A stretch of DNA of 63,650 nucleotides, the filler included, from Phoronis australis (taxonomy: Eukaryota; Animalia; Phoronida), in the NCBI GenBank assembly GCA_002633005.1. It is 4 parts of 4 records of this genome, joined end to end, with 100 filler letters (N's around TTAATTAATTAA, not from the genome) between each part and the next. Parts side by side here need not be neighbours in the genome. Positions count along the whole stretch, not along the records: positions 6,315 to 36,485 come from NMRA01000992.1; positions 36,586 to 60,998 come from NMRA01001252.1; 2 more parts are not named here. The stretch is one strand, 5' to 3'. The notes beneath the pieces are model-generated. The model was not told where the DNA came from. It saw only the letters and a program-made list of their open reading frames with translations, and made no database searches. Shown in pieces: positions 34,289-46,900 of the stretch. Positions within the stretch are counted from its first letter, which is position 1, and the number at the start of each line of letters is the position of its first letter. The translations under genes were made by a program, and so were the position numbers.

Positions 34289-34904
34289 GTCTGGTGACAA
34301 AAACAAATGTTATCACAGGTTAAGTTACAGTTTCAAAGCAGCATTCTTATCTTTTGTTGGAATTGAAAGGTTTACAATGTTTGGATTTCCCAAAAGGCAA
34401 ATTTATTCAACTGCTGAAACCCGTGACAAGTGACTTACATGTAACATTAAGTAAGACCCCAGAAAAATGTCCAAATTTGGCCAATTTTGGAACACCATAT
34501 TTTAGAAATGAGTGATCATATTCATATGAAACTTTCAGACACTATGCTCTATACACTGTTCTTTAATACGCTGTTAGAAATGGTTTTGAAAATGTTCTAC
34601 TTTTGATAGAGGGACTATCCAAATTAGAACTTTTATCAATTTCATGAAAAAAGATCGGAAGTTGAAAAAAAATTAAAACAAAATGATAGAACCTAGAAAA
34701 CCGTAACGTTGTTTTTGAGATTACACCTTGAATTTTTATATCAAATGAAATTTTATCACATTAGTGATACTGTTGCTTTGCTCTCGATGTACTTTTAAAT
34801 TCAATCAGTGATTGCCTAAATACACACTCAAGAGACATAATAATAATAATAATGTGATACATAAATGTGATACATAATGTGATATATATATTGTGATACA
34901 TAAT

Positions 34905-35240
34905 GTTATTGAGCATGGTTTGAGGCAGTGATGACCTGCCAGTTATTGAGCACGGTTTGAGGCAGTAATGACCTGCCAGTTATTGAACATGGTTTGAGGC
35001 AATAATGACCTGTCAGTTATTGAGCATGGTTTGAAGCAGTGATAACCTGCCAGTTATTGAGCATGGTTTGAAGCAGTGATGACCTGCCAGTTATTGAGCA
35101 TGGTTTGAGGCAATAATGACAGGTCAGTTATTGAGCATGGTTTGAGGCAATAATGACCTGTCAGTTATTGAGCATGGCTTGAAGCAATAATGACCTGTCA
35201 GTTATTGCGCATGGTTTGAAGCAGTAATGACCTGTCAGTT
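34905..35240. repeat. 37-bp minisatellite x9
   Basis: GTTATTGAGCATGGTTTGAGGCAGTGATGACCTGCCA with variants. Confidence 0.9.
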
Positions 35241-35389
35241 CTTCTCACGTCTAATCTGAATAAGTATTTTTGTCCAATTACAAAGCAAGGGTATATAAAA
35301 TTAACATTTTTTAGTTTCAGAAGTTAAATGTTTCTTTTGCAAGACTTGGGTCTTTGAGACCTGTTTAATAATCATTACGTAACAGTAAC

Positions 35390-36300
35390 TATGACCTGAA
35401 TCCAAAGTTGTTTTCTCACAGAAGAGGCGATGTACGAGTATTGCCTCAGAGCAATGGCATAGTAGAAGTAATCTTGAGCTTAACCTTGCTATTTCCAATG
35501 TACGCCTCAAATATGTTGACAGTGAAAAGTCATTAGGTGTTACTGTATACAAGACCCTCAGCTGGTCTAGCCATATTAATGGGACTGTGTCCAAAATTAG
35601 GCAGCGACTTGGTCTTCTCCGGCGTTTATCACCATTTCTTCCCACAGAAGGGCGTGTGCAATATTTCCCTCTGTTCGTTTATTGTAGTACAGTGTGGTCA
35701 GGATGCAATGCAAAATTAGTTTTCTCGTTATTGAAAGCTCAGAAGCAGGCAGCCAGACTTGTTCTAGGTGTACCTTTTGACACTCCGTCAACTCATATGT
35801 TTAATAGACTGGGGTGGCTCCCTATTGACAAATATTTTATATATAGGCGTTTGTGTATGATGCATAGGGGCTTTCACGGTAATGTACTGACTTATTTATC
35901 TCGTAACCTTGTACTTGTTCGAAATAGCCACCAAATTAGGACAAGATTTTCTGCCTCAAACAATTTGGTTTTGCCCAGACACAGAACATCATTTCATTCA
36001 AAGTCCTTCTTTATTCAGACCATCCAACAGAGGAACAATTTGCCTAATAGTCTTAAGGACGCTGACTGTTATGATAATTTCAGACACCACCTCATCAGTT
36101 ACCTGTGGTCGTCATAGATGTCCCTCCTTTTTGTCTTTCCAATATATTTACCATAAATTTTTTTATTTATCTTTATCTTTAATTCAATTTGTAAATGCAA
36201 TTTGTAAATACTATTTTATTTAATGTATCTCATTGTATCTTAATTTAGTCTGTTTATCTAACGTAATTTAATCATGCTATGAACTTTCCCACTAAATAAG
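35390..36300 (+). mobile_element. 5'-truncated CR1/L2-group LINE, RT C-terminal region, antisense to MARS2
   Basis: VDSEKSLGVTV..LSWSSHI..VSKIRQRLGLLRRL..YCSTVW..LLKAQKQAARLVLG..MFNRLGWLPI..TRFS..KSFF...NNLP (includes ORF 35587-36117), the typical CR1/L2/Daphne ORF2 tail, followed by a T-rich 3' UTR. Confidence 0.85.
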
Positions 36301-36485
36301 ATTGGTTCTAACCCCAGTGGTTAAGGTAAACGGCGGGGTATGGAAAATTGAACTAGACCGTATTTATCCACCTTGGCTGAGTCGCGCTCGGCTCACGATC
36401 AAAGGGATGCCGCCAAGCTGCTCTAGTCATCGAGTCACGAGCGAGGATAATTGGCTTCGCTCATGCGGATATGATCAGCTGATTA

Positions 36486-36585
36486 NNNNNNNNNNNNNNN
36501 NNNNNNNNNNNNNNNNNNNNNNNNNNNNNTTAATTAATTAANNNNNNNNNNNNNNNNNNNNNNNNNNNNNNNNNNNNNNNNNNNN
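36486..36585. other. Artificial scaffold spacer
   Basis: Same 44N/12-mer/44N structure. Confidence 0.92.
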
Positions 36586-37353
36586 AACCGATGTCAAGAC
36601 CTGAGTTGCCAGTGGTGAACGAACAGCGAACAGTAAAATGTTTGTTTGGCCAAAGTTCACCAGTTAAGTCATAAAATGGTAATTGCCGACCAAGGACACG
36701 CTTAATCCGAATTGGTCGTCTACGCTACGCGACCACTTAGCCGACCCAAGTGCCGACCATAGAGGCGACTCAGTAGACGGCTCCTAGCCGACCGTTGTTG
36801 GTCGGCTGCTGGTCGGCTAGACGACCGGTCGACGGCCAGTCGTCGACCAATTTCCGACCGGTCGGCCAAAAATTCGTGATGTGTGCTGTACAGACAGATC
36901 AACCACACCCAGTCGTGCAAACTTTATACTAAAGCAAACCTCTGCAGAATACTTGCTCTCCTCAAGAGAAAACTAGATGCGAATTGGAAAATTCACACAA
37001 TTTGAAGGTCGAGTGTATAAAAAACCTGTCAGAGGTAAAATCTAAGTTCTATCTAAATCTATGCAGCAATAAACCAAAACTAAGGTGCAGCAGAATAATA
37101 AAGCACTGTGATTTTGGATTCCATTCTTCTAATGCTCTCAATTTCAGGATTTCCAGTTGAAATGTCAGTTGAGTTCGTCTGAATTAGCGAACATACTGCA
37201 TGTTAGAACGGATACTGTCCACTTTGTGGTCGAAAAATGCAACTTGATGGGATAGACTTCTTGAAGTTAGCATAGAATGTTCTATGTTATTAGCTTTGAC
37301 CAGAGTAATAAAACAAGAAAGTCCACTATGTGATTTTAGTACAAATTGCTAGT

Positions 37354-37454
37354 GTCTTCATATAGTAAACACAGGTAAGTTCTAGGGTCTTCATATAGTA
37401 AACACAGGTAAGTTCTAGGGTCTTCATATGGTAAACACAGGTAAGTTCTAGGGT
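37354..37454. repeat. 33-bp minisatellite x3
   Basis: GTCTTCATATAGTAAACACAGGTAAGTTCTAGG repeated. Confidence 0.88.
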
Positions 37455-39042
37455 TTACCTTTGGCAGATTCACTCAATCACATTCACATTGATTTTTTGC
37501 ACTACACTACAGAAAATCACATGTTCACAGAACATTGTTTTTTTTTCAACTATTGGCGATTTTGGTCACCGAACAATAAATTATGATTAACCATTTCATG
37601 AATTCCTCTGGCTTAGTAACTCATTGAAAGTTCCGCTTAAGAAGAACATAGGTGACCATGTAGCAAATAATTAGAAAAATCCTTTATAGTGAACGAAAAC
37701 TTTCACTCGATAACTATAAAGAATATTCATTCCAAATTCACGCCACGTGATCTTGAGATTAAGAAGAATTGCAAGTCCACGAACATCAGGGTGATCTCTA
37801 ATTATTGGACGGGAAGAGTGTGGTGAATCTTGAGGGCAATTTAAGGTAAGATTAATTATTCTGTGCCCATGGACTTTAGCTGACTGGTAAGAGCAAAAGG
37901 AATGCCTTTGAAGTGAGAGGTACGGGTTTTGATTCTTGGAACTGAGACATTTTTCAGCATGAGTATTAGGTCAAATAAATATCAGACACACATTAAGATG
38001 GTGCCACCGTCTCAACTGGCCCCAGCAGAGACGGTGAAGCTCCCAAACTTAAGGCATTTCATATACAGGAAGCTTTTCGGTGAATTATCCCTCACACTGA
38101 TTAAAAGATCAGTCACGTTCAATACCTTTTGCTCTTAGAGGTATACCTTAGGAGGCCGTTAATGTCTTTAATTCCCTCCAACTTGAACAAATGCTCCCGT
38201 AATCAAACTTTTTTTGAGCATGCTACGGCTAGACTGCGCAAGGAGGGTGTGCAGTCCTTCTTTCTGTTTCTAAACTCCTGCCATGTTTACACTGCGCACA
38301 GATGCGCAAAAGGTACTTATAAATAGCATTGTGACCTTAATGTTATAACATAATTCACCACAAAAGCTTCCGGCATACAAAGCGAGAGTTGAGACAGTGG
38401 CACTAAATGCAAGTTCACTAACTGCCTCTAGAAGAATTAAACTCAAGCTTAAATGAAACCCAATCGAGGTGCTGATCTCAGACGGCCTGTGTGCTGAAAG
38501 ACTGCCTCCCACAAGCAGTATTTACAAAAGAAACATTTGGGGAACCATAAAACTGACAAATCACAAGACACCACAGAAAGATCAAGGACGAACAATGTTG
38601 ATGATTACAACACATTTCCACAACCGCTACAGAAGTTAATCACCAATGAGTGCGCGAAACTAATGACTTAACTTTGCATGCCCATTCCAGATGTTGGTAC
38701 TGTCTATGCAAATCCTAGACAGTACCACCATATGAACTGTGCTTGCCATCCACTCAAGTGTTGTAATCATCACCACCATTCATCCTTGATCTTTCGGTGG
38801 TGTGTGGTTTGTCAGTTTTCTCCATGGTTCTCCAGATGTTTCAAATTCTTTTATTTATACTGCTGAGTGCTAGTGGGAGACTGCTAGTAATTTCAGCAGG
38901 CAATCAGGCCGTCAGGGACGAGCACCTCAATTGGGGTTTGTTGAAGTTTGAGAAGCTGTGCTTTAACTGGTGAGTGCTTCAGTTTGGAGGTCTAACTGCA
39001 CTGCAGTGCAGGCTCCAAAGGAAACGGTCTTCAATGTTTTAC

Positions 39043-39209
39043 CTCCGAGTGTCTTGTCTGAGCCACGTTCCGATGGAAGCAGATCTGTAACCGGGCTGTA
39101 AACACGCTTTAGGATAGCCATGGCGAGCTTCTCTAGACAAAGGCGAGTAAAAACGCCGTGATTGCATCTTAAACAGCCCAGCAAAAATTCGTTTCAAGGG
39201 CTGCGCCAT
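39043..39209 (-). CDS. Possible first coding exon encoding a mitochondrial presequence-like peptide (gene unassigned)
   Basis: AAACATGGCG start context; MAQPLKRIFAGLFKMQSRRFYS is basic, acid-free and contains RRFYS; it ends at AG|GTAAAA. I found no downstream partner exon. Confidence 0.25.
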
Positions 39210-42200
39210 GTTTGTTTTTGTTATAAGAAAAGATGGCACTTGTTACATGCTTTAGTTTCGTACTTTTCTTGACAAATGAACATTTTCTCCATAGTTTATT
39301 TAAGTTAGTTTTCATTACAAATATATATGACCCAAAATATCATTAACAGCTGCCTAAAAATGAGCTTGCAATATTACCGCCACCAGTTCCATTGTTAACT
39401 AGCCTATTGTACCTTATTATTTTGGCAGTGTGGTATCCAGATCTCCAGGACTGCATAAGTGAGAAAAGAGAAAAACCAATACCGCGCCTTAAGATCTGTC
39501 TTCAAGCCGGATCGTACCTCCTCGTATTCAGCATAGCATGCGCGCACCCAGGGGGGGGGGGCTCGAACCGGCCCCCATTTGGCAAAGTGGGCAACTCCGC
39601 CGCTGACAGACAACAAGTTCGAGAATTGAAAATGGGACTAAAGTCCATAAGTCCACTAAATAAGCGCAAACGCGCACTTCACAGTGGGCCTCCTGTTTTT
39701 ATTTTTTTTTTTTTTAGTCTGCCCGCTCTTTTGTTAGCAAAAGGTCCACGACGTCAAGAATTCGAGCCTCCCCCCCATTTAATGGCCGGCTCAGCGGGGT
39801 GCGCGTCAGACTAGCTGTGGCTTGTAAGCTTCCATTTTAAAGTCTGACTGAGACACTCTCAGTCATGCATGGTTTGATTTCAAATACACCAACATTTTAC
39901 AAATTTCAACCAGAATCTCCCACAAAATGTTCACATCATGTCAAATTGGAAAATTGCAAATGACTCACTTCGCCGTGGCAATAGAAAACAGCAAGTTTAC
40001 ATTGACTGAACCAGTAAAAAATAAAGGAATGTTCATGTGACTTAACATCCTGTTTTAGGAAAATTTGAACATTTTTTGGATTTTTTTAGGTATCCGCCTT
40101 AGGCCTTTGATGAAAGAAGGCGTAAGACATACACATGTACAATGTATTTATCACAGCGCAAGGTTCTGATGTTTTGTATAATTTTGATGTTCTCATTTGA
40201 AATAGTGACTTTTGAATGCATGTCCGTTACTTATCTTGTTTCAGTAGGGCCCATGGATAATCAAGCAGATGTCGAGATTTTTGATGTTTTTTATCCCTTT
40301 ATCCCGGCAGTGATTGCGCGATTTTGTTTTACTACGTCAAAATGAGTTAAAAATGTTAAAAACTGCATGAAATGAAACTGTATCAGCGTTTTGAAGATTT
40401 TATCCTGAACGTTCATTTGAAATTTGGTCATGTTATTGACACGGCTATTTTGTTAACTTTTTTGCTAAAATTTACCGAAAGACATGATCAGTGACAAATT
40501 CATGGCAGATTGGGAAAAAAGACGAAAATCAAGTTCCGGGGTACCCGCTTTCAAAAAATATATTCTTGACTTACTTCAAATCTGAAATTTCGCAGGTATG
40601 ACAATCAACGTACACAGAATCGTCAATAAGGTCCTGCATACTTTTTACAAAGTGGTGGACCCTTGAGAAGTGCTTGAACCCTCAGCGACTGTTGCCTGAA
40701 GCCTTATTTTTTGTGTTACCGAGAATTCTGGATTCAGCTTAGCGTCTCACACAAGACCCGCCATAAATCCAGGGAACCCTTGGACAAACCTTGGATTTTT
40801 AAGTGAACGAGGCATCTGAGAGCCACAGTTATGTTCTGTGCTTATGAGCAATATTGTTTTGAATCAACAAAGTGCATATATTATGATAATGAATCCATGG
40901 ATACTGAAGTTTGCAGTATTGTAGTCGAGTACACTTCTCTAACTTTAATGAAAACAAATTACAAAAAAGGCTATTTGTTTTGTCGGCATGAAGAAGGTGT
41001 TCGGCCTCTAGGACAAGGAAACTCTGTAGACAGGTAAAGCAGGACCATAGACAAATGTCCAATTTCGGGACATCGTATCTCATAAATGGCTGATCGGATT
41101 CACACGAAACTGTGACATAGTATGCTTTTTACAATCTTCTCCAAAACTCTGCTAGGATTTTTAAAAATGTTCCATTTTTGCATGAGGGTCTAACCCCATT
41201 TTAAGAGTTGGCGGTTTTTTCTGATTCTCGTTGCATTTAGTCCTGTGAAGCACGAGGGGTCCTGAAATAATGATTGTAAAGATGGCCGAGTTGAGCTGAC
41301 AAGAAAGTCTAATTGAGAGAAAAGTCTTAACAGTTATGAATTCACGTTTTCAGTATCTGCTGGAAATGTCCCCATCGTCATCAACATTGTAAGCGCAACT
41401 CGAGTTTTTTTGAAAAGTTTTAATGTTGTATTTTTGAAAAGGAAACACATAAAAAACTTTGAACTCGAAATACATAAAAAACACTAAAATGTAAAAGGTT
41501 CTAGTTTCCCGTCTTTGACAAAAGAGTGGCCACGGAAAGGCGTGGGATCACCTTGAAAACACATTTACAAAACTGAAAAATACGAAAGCATGCAGACTTT
41601 CATGCAGTCAGCGTTAAGCAGCAAGTGTTGAACATCAAAATCAATGAACTCGCATTTCACAAACAATCGCAATCCACTCACACCTAACCGACCCGGCACG
41701 TCCTGCTCTCAATTTACACCTAACCGCAACTACTTAAACGATAAACACCTGAGAGTGTGAATATCATTTTCAGGCAATTTATTCAGGAAATTTGGCTCTG
41801 TTCCATAAACATTTATTAGCTCCAGACATATGAACATAACATGGCAATGAGTTTTAGAAGACAGCGGCTACGCATATCAAAATCAAGTGCATAGTTCGAC
41901 ATGAAAGTATCCCGCCCAGAAACTAGCAACACGTTTTTCATTGGCACTTTCGCTACTATAAAAAATAATAATTCCAGGCGGTCTGATACACGTTTTACCA
42001 GACGTGCACAGGCCTCGCATGTGGGCCCATTGCACAAATCACCTGGAAATATTGTTATGCTTTATTGATATACATGTATGGTTAAAACCGAGCTGAGGAC
42101 CTAGAAACCTGGCTCAAGGGTTTAGCGGTGTGACCTGGTGGGACTTGAACCCACGACCTCGAGTAAAGAAAGTTGGCACTTATCAACCAGGCCACACTGC

Positions 42201-43914
42201 CTACTCTCTTTCGCTACTAGCAGAAACACCAGTTGTGAGAGTAGATACAAGAGTCACGTTTGATGGCACTTTGAGTTACGCCTACACTGCTGGCGTTTCA
42301 GCACTCACTATGTAGCCAAACCTCAACTTCAAACTACTGTACATGAGCGCACAGGAAAGACCCTTTTTATAGTCGCATTAAAGAGGCATGGAACACGAAA
42401 GCTCGCCAAAACTGTCTATTAAGAATTTCTGACGAAAGTACATACATTACCATCTCGCAACAGAGTAATTCACTTTTTCCTGTGAGAAAGTTCCAAGAAA
42501 AATCACAAAATTCATGGTCTTTGAAATACCAGCGAAGGAAAACTCGGTGGTTACCACAGAGTGTCTAATCTCCCTCCCGCTTTTAATAAGTGCGAGCGTG
42601 CGCTCACAGGCAGTTGCTTGAAGTCACTGCAGGTCAGAGGTCCCATTTTCCATATAAGGGATATGTGCTACAACTATGTCTCACCAAAACAAATAAGGAG
42701 AAGTGCTTTGCCGTGCGGGAGACAACTCAACGAAGTGACGAGCAGTTGACAGGTCGTTTTTAAACATTTAAACTAAAAGAAAATGCTTTGCTATCAGCAG
42801 AAATTAAAAATTGTTACGAACAAAAACCTAAATATACCAAATGAGCAGGTTGAACTCTGCTTCAGTGGTAAAGAACCGCTTTCAATATCGCAATTTAGTC
42901 TGCTTATCGCGTTCCAGGTCTCTTTAATCATCTTTTGTGGAACTGAGTTCACGTGTTTTGAAATCAATGTTCCAGGGAGGGAATCAGCAATTGACGGGAC
43001 TTCAAAACCCCTTGCCCTGACTTCAGAACAACTGGATGGACTGCACATGTAAAACTAAATATGGCTGGTGCTCTAAATTTTTTGGCCAGAAATCAAAACG
43101 GGTTGGCAAGCAAATCGTACGATGGCCACAAAAAATGGTTGGCTGGACCTAAAACGGGTTGTCCAGTGTTTAGACATAATGGCTGAACAAATCGCCAATT
43201 TTGAACAAAATAAACAAACCGGGGGTACCAAAAATCAGCATCAGATGTCACTCGAACGAAGACGTTCAAAGCAAGTCGCTGAGGAGCCGGTCCGGATGTC
43301 GTGTTCGATCACACGGCCAACTCAGTGGTTGTAGTACCGGCGTTTTGGGTCCAGCCAACTAGTTTTTGGAGTGATGTCATTGCGTTTTGAAGTGCGGACA
43401 ACAGGTTCGATCACCGGTCGTTTGGTTCTGCAGTCCAGCCGACTGGTTTTAAATTCCTGGAAGTGGTTTTGAAGTCCGGACTTACCAATTGTTATTAACC
43501 CCTTGTTTTCGCTCAAATGCTGCTCGGGTGGAGAGGAAACAAATTAACTGGTAGCGAAAATGGCCTCTTAGTTGCGAACATCCTTTCTCTCGGGCTTCAA
43601 CACAAGCGTTTTCAGTGATGACGTATTGTTAACATACACCTGTAGTAAGTAATGTCACGTGATGAGACCCATGACTTACAAGCTACATGGACATCTAGGA
43701 GAAGCCAAGTGACAATTTCACATGTTCACAGTTGAATCACGTGTGCAAGCGATCGAAACAACTTACTGACCCCGTCACCATAACAGTATAGTGTCCACTA
43801 CAACTGTACACTTGTACACGCAACGATGACGAAACAGAATATCTCTTTCCATTCACTTTAAGATTTGATGACGTTAATGTAATGTACAATGCCAGTGCAA
43901 CTGCAGCACTGAAA

Positions 43915-46900
43915 TTACTCGTTTGCGCACACTTCTTGGGCAACGATGCGACACCCGTTACCATAACACGTGTATGCATCATTTTCCTTAATTCCCTCAC
44001 AAGATTCGACGTACATCTGGATTGTAACCTCCCCTGCCGGTAACTTGCAGAAACCATCGACTGAAACAAATGAAGCAAATTGCAAAACTGTATCAAGTGC
44101 GCTTTCATACTCGACGAGCTGAATCATTTTCGGTGGTCGAAGCACAGAAATCAGACCTTTCGCACACCGATGGTTGGAACTGCTCTCCAAACGCGAATTC
44201 CATTCCGAATTTAGTGACACTGGAACAACGCGGATCTTCTAGAGCAACCCCCCCCCCCTCCCGCACACTATCCATGGGGAAGTGAAGGCATCAAGATTTT
44301 TCCTATGGAACTACGACCCAATCACCAATATATACACACACGGAATTAAAATTATAAAGAAAAGTGACCGTCACTGATGTTACATTGTATAAGCAGTGGC
44401 GGATTTAGAAGGAGGCCAAGGTGGCCATGGCCTCCTTAAGATTTTTCCATACTCCATTCGGCAGTTCAGGAGTGAAAAGGAATTAACTTCATAAATTCGC
44501 AATTTTCAGCTTGGCAACCCACTGAAGTGATCAGTGATAGTTTTAGATGGTTGCGATATATGTGTTGCTTGCTTCTAACACGGATTTGTCATCAAAACTG
44601 TACAAGTTTTGTCCATCTGACAGTAGGCCAATACTCACTGATCATCATATGAACACTTTCGTCGACTACCCGTTGTTTGTACATGTAAATGCCACCGACT
44701 ATTGGTCCCGGATCCCGACATCGTTCACCGTTCAGCAGGAATCCCCACGTGGAACACCTTCCGCTTTGGCGCAGGTTACCTTGATAGTAAACGCGGAGGT
44801 AACTGGTTGAGGACTGTTTGTAGAACGTTGCTTCCTGCAATAGAAGAGGTTTCTGTTAAAAACATATTACGCAAAATTTTGGATTTCACTTAGGTTATGT
44901 AACGTCATAAAATATGTCTCGTCTCGTTCTTTACTCAGTTTAGCAGTGGTCTCTTGTTCAGAAGTGACTGCCAGGTATTTCCTTAAAAGAAACTCGCAAA
45001 ATTTTCTGCCACGGCGCTATCCGAGGTTTTATGAAATTGCTATCAAGAGATAACAGACTGCCAGCTCTTGGAAAGCATTTTTCTAAGGGGCAATTGGATA
45101 TCAGTTTCGTAACGGTATAGTGGCAGATCTAGGATGCCATAAGGGGAGGCAACATGTTGCCTCGGGGAATTGGACAAAGCGCGATCATTTCCTGTGCACA
45201 GGCGGCCTGGAAGTTGCGGGGGCTGGCGATGTGGTCCTTCTGTTCAGAAAATCTATCGGTGGACTAAAAATAAGAAACGGGGCCACGATTCCGCCCCAGT
45301 CTGGGGTCTGAGCCCCCCACCCCTCATCCGCTACAGGCTCTCATTACTGAACTCAATATTTCCTCAAGCTTGAAGCTGTTGCCGTTTCGTTTTGCTTGCA
45401 TCGATCCCGGTAGGTAGGCGGAATAATGTCTCGTGGGATATTACTTCATGTACGCCACTCTCNGACAATAGGCCAATACTCACTGATCATCATATGAACA
45501 CTATCGTCGACTGCCCGTTGTTTGTACATGTACATGTACATGTAAATGCCACCGACTATTGGTCCCGGATCCCGACATCGTTCACCGTTCAGCAGGAATC
45601 CCCACGTGGAACACCATCCGCTTTGACGCAGGTTACCTTGATAGTAAACGCGGAGGTAACTGGTTGATGACTGTTTATTGAACGTTGCTTCCTGCAATAG
45701 AAGAGGTTTCTGTTAAAAATATATTAGGCAAAATTTTGGATTTCGCTTAGGTCATGTAACGTCGTAAAATATGTCTCGTCTCGTTGTTTACTCAGTTTAA
45801 CAGTGGTCTCCGTGTTCAGAAGTGACTGGCAGTTATTTCCTTAAAAGAAACTTGCAAAATGTTCTGTCAGGGCGCTATCCGAGGTTTTATGAAATTGCTG
45901 TCAAGAGATAACAGGCTGCCAGCTCTTGGAAAGCATTTTTCTAAGGGACAATTGGAGATCAGTTTCGTAGCGGTATAGTGGCAGATCTAGGATGCCATAA
46001 GGGGAGGCAACATGTTGCCTCGGGGAATTGGACAAAGCGCGATCATTGCTTGTGCACAGGCGGCCTGGAAATTGCGGGGGCTGGCGATGTGGTCCTTCTG
46101 TTCAGAAAATCTATCGGTGGACTAAAAAATAGAAACGGGGCCACGATTCCGCTCCAGTCTGTGGTCTGAGCCACCCCTCATCCGCTACAGGCTCTCATTA
46201 CTGAACTCAATATTTCCTCAAGCTTGAAGCTGTTGCCGTTTCGTTTTGCTTGCATCGGTCCCGGTAGGTACGCGGAATAATGTCTCGTGGGATCTTACTT
46301 CATGTACGCCACTCTCGGTAGGTTTTGTGTATATATTGTACGCAAGAATCAGGGGCGGATCCAAGATTTTGAATGGGGAGGCAGGTCAGAGTATTAGCCA
46401 GGATTTTACACGTCAAACATTCGCACCCCCGAACTGCCAAATGTAATCTAGGAGCATTTTAGGGGGAACATGGCCATCTTGACCCCCCTCTAAATCCGCC
46501 ACTCGGAATAAAATGCACCGACAATATGTCAGTGTAATATCCGAGGCAATGAACATGACGTCACAGGAGTCGCTATAAAACTAGTACCTTTATAATTTTC
46601 ATGAACAATTGTAATGCTTCATGAAACGGAAAAAACGGAAACTTAATTCTGTTTAAGAAAACAGTGATAACGTTTCTGAGATCTCCTCTTCAACATTTAC
46701 ATCGAATAAAATTTGAGCACGAGATACTGATACCGGAGATTTTCTGTAGATAAGCCCATGGTAAATGATAAAAATCTTGTCTTTTAGTAGCACCAAATAA
46801 ACGCCCGGGGTCTATTCGTAAAAGAGGGGTGTGTGAACAAAAATTCATAGTTTTGCTGATTTTAATTGTTTTACTTAAAACTTTGTTTTTACATTTTATG

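Noticed and set aside
34905-35240. 37-bp repeats (and other 19-59 bp arrays) of CRISPR-like length
   Set aside because: The units are contiguous with no unique spacers, there are no cas genes, and the context is eukaryotic. These are minisatellites.
37354-37520. Exon associated with the CAG|GTAAGT-containing 33-bp repeat or the adjacent minus-strand AG|GTAAAC
   Set aside because: The candidate exons I tried contain stops in the frame required by the 39043 exon and show no MetRS motifs.
38060-38215. Similar short ORFs at 38129-38326 and 60443-60631 as paralogous genes
   Set aside because: The similarity reflects a dispersed repeat shared with about 60370-60530, with indels that do not preserve frame.
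42130-42200. tRNA genes here and at about 27144-27210, 28496-28565, 37870-37950 and 23210-23283
   Set aside because: Only degenerate A/B boxes are present, with no closing acceptor stem or anticodon arm. These are SINE-type heads.
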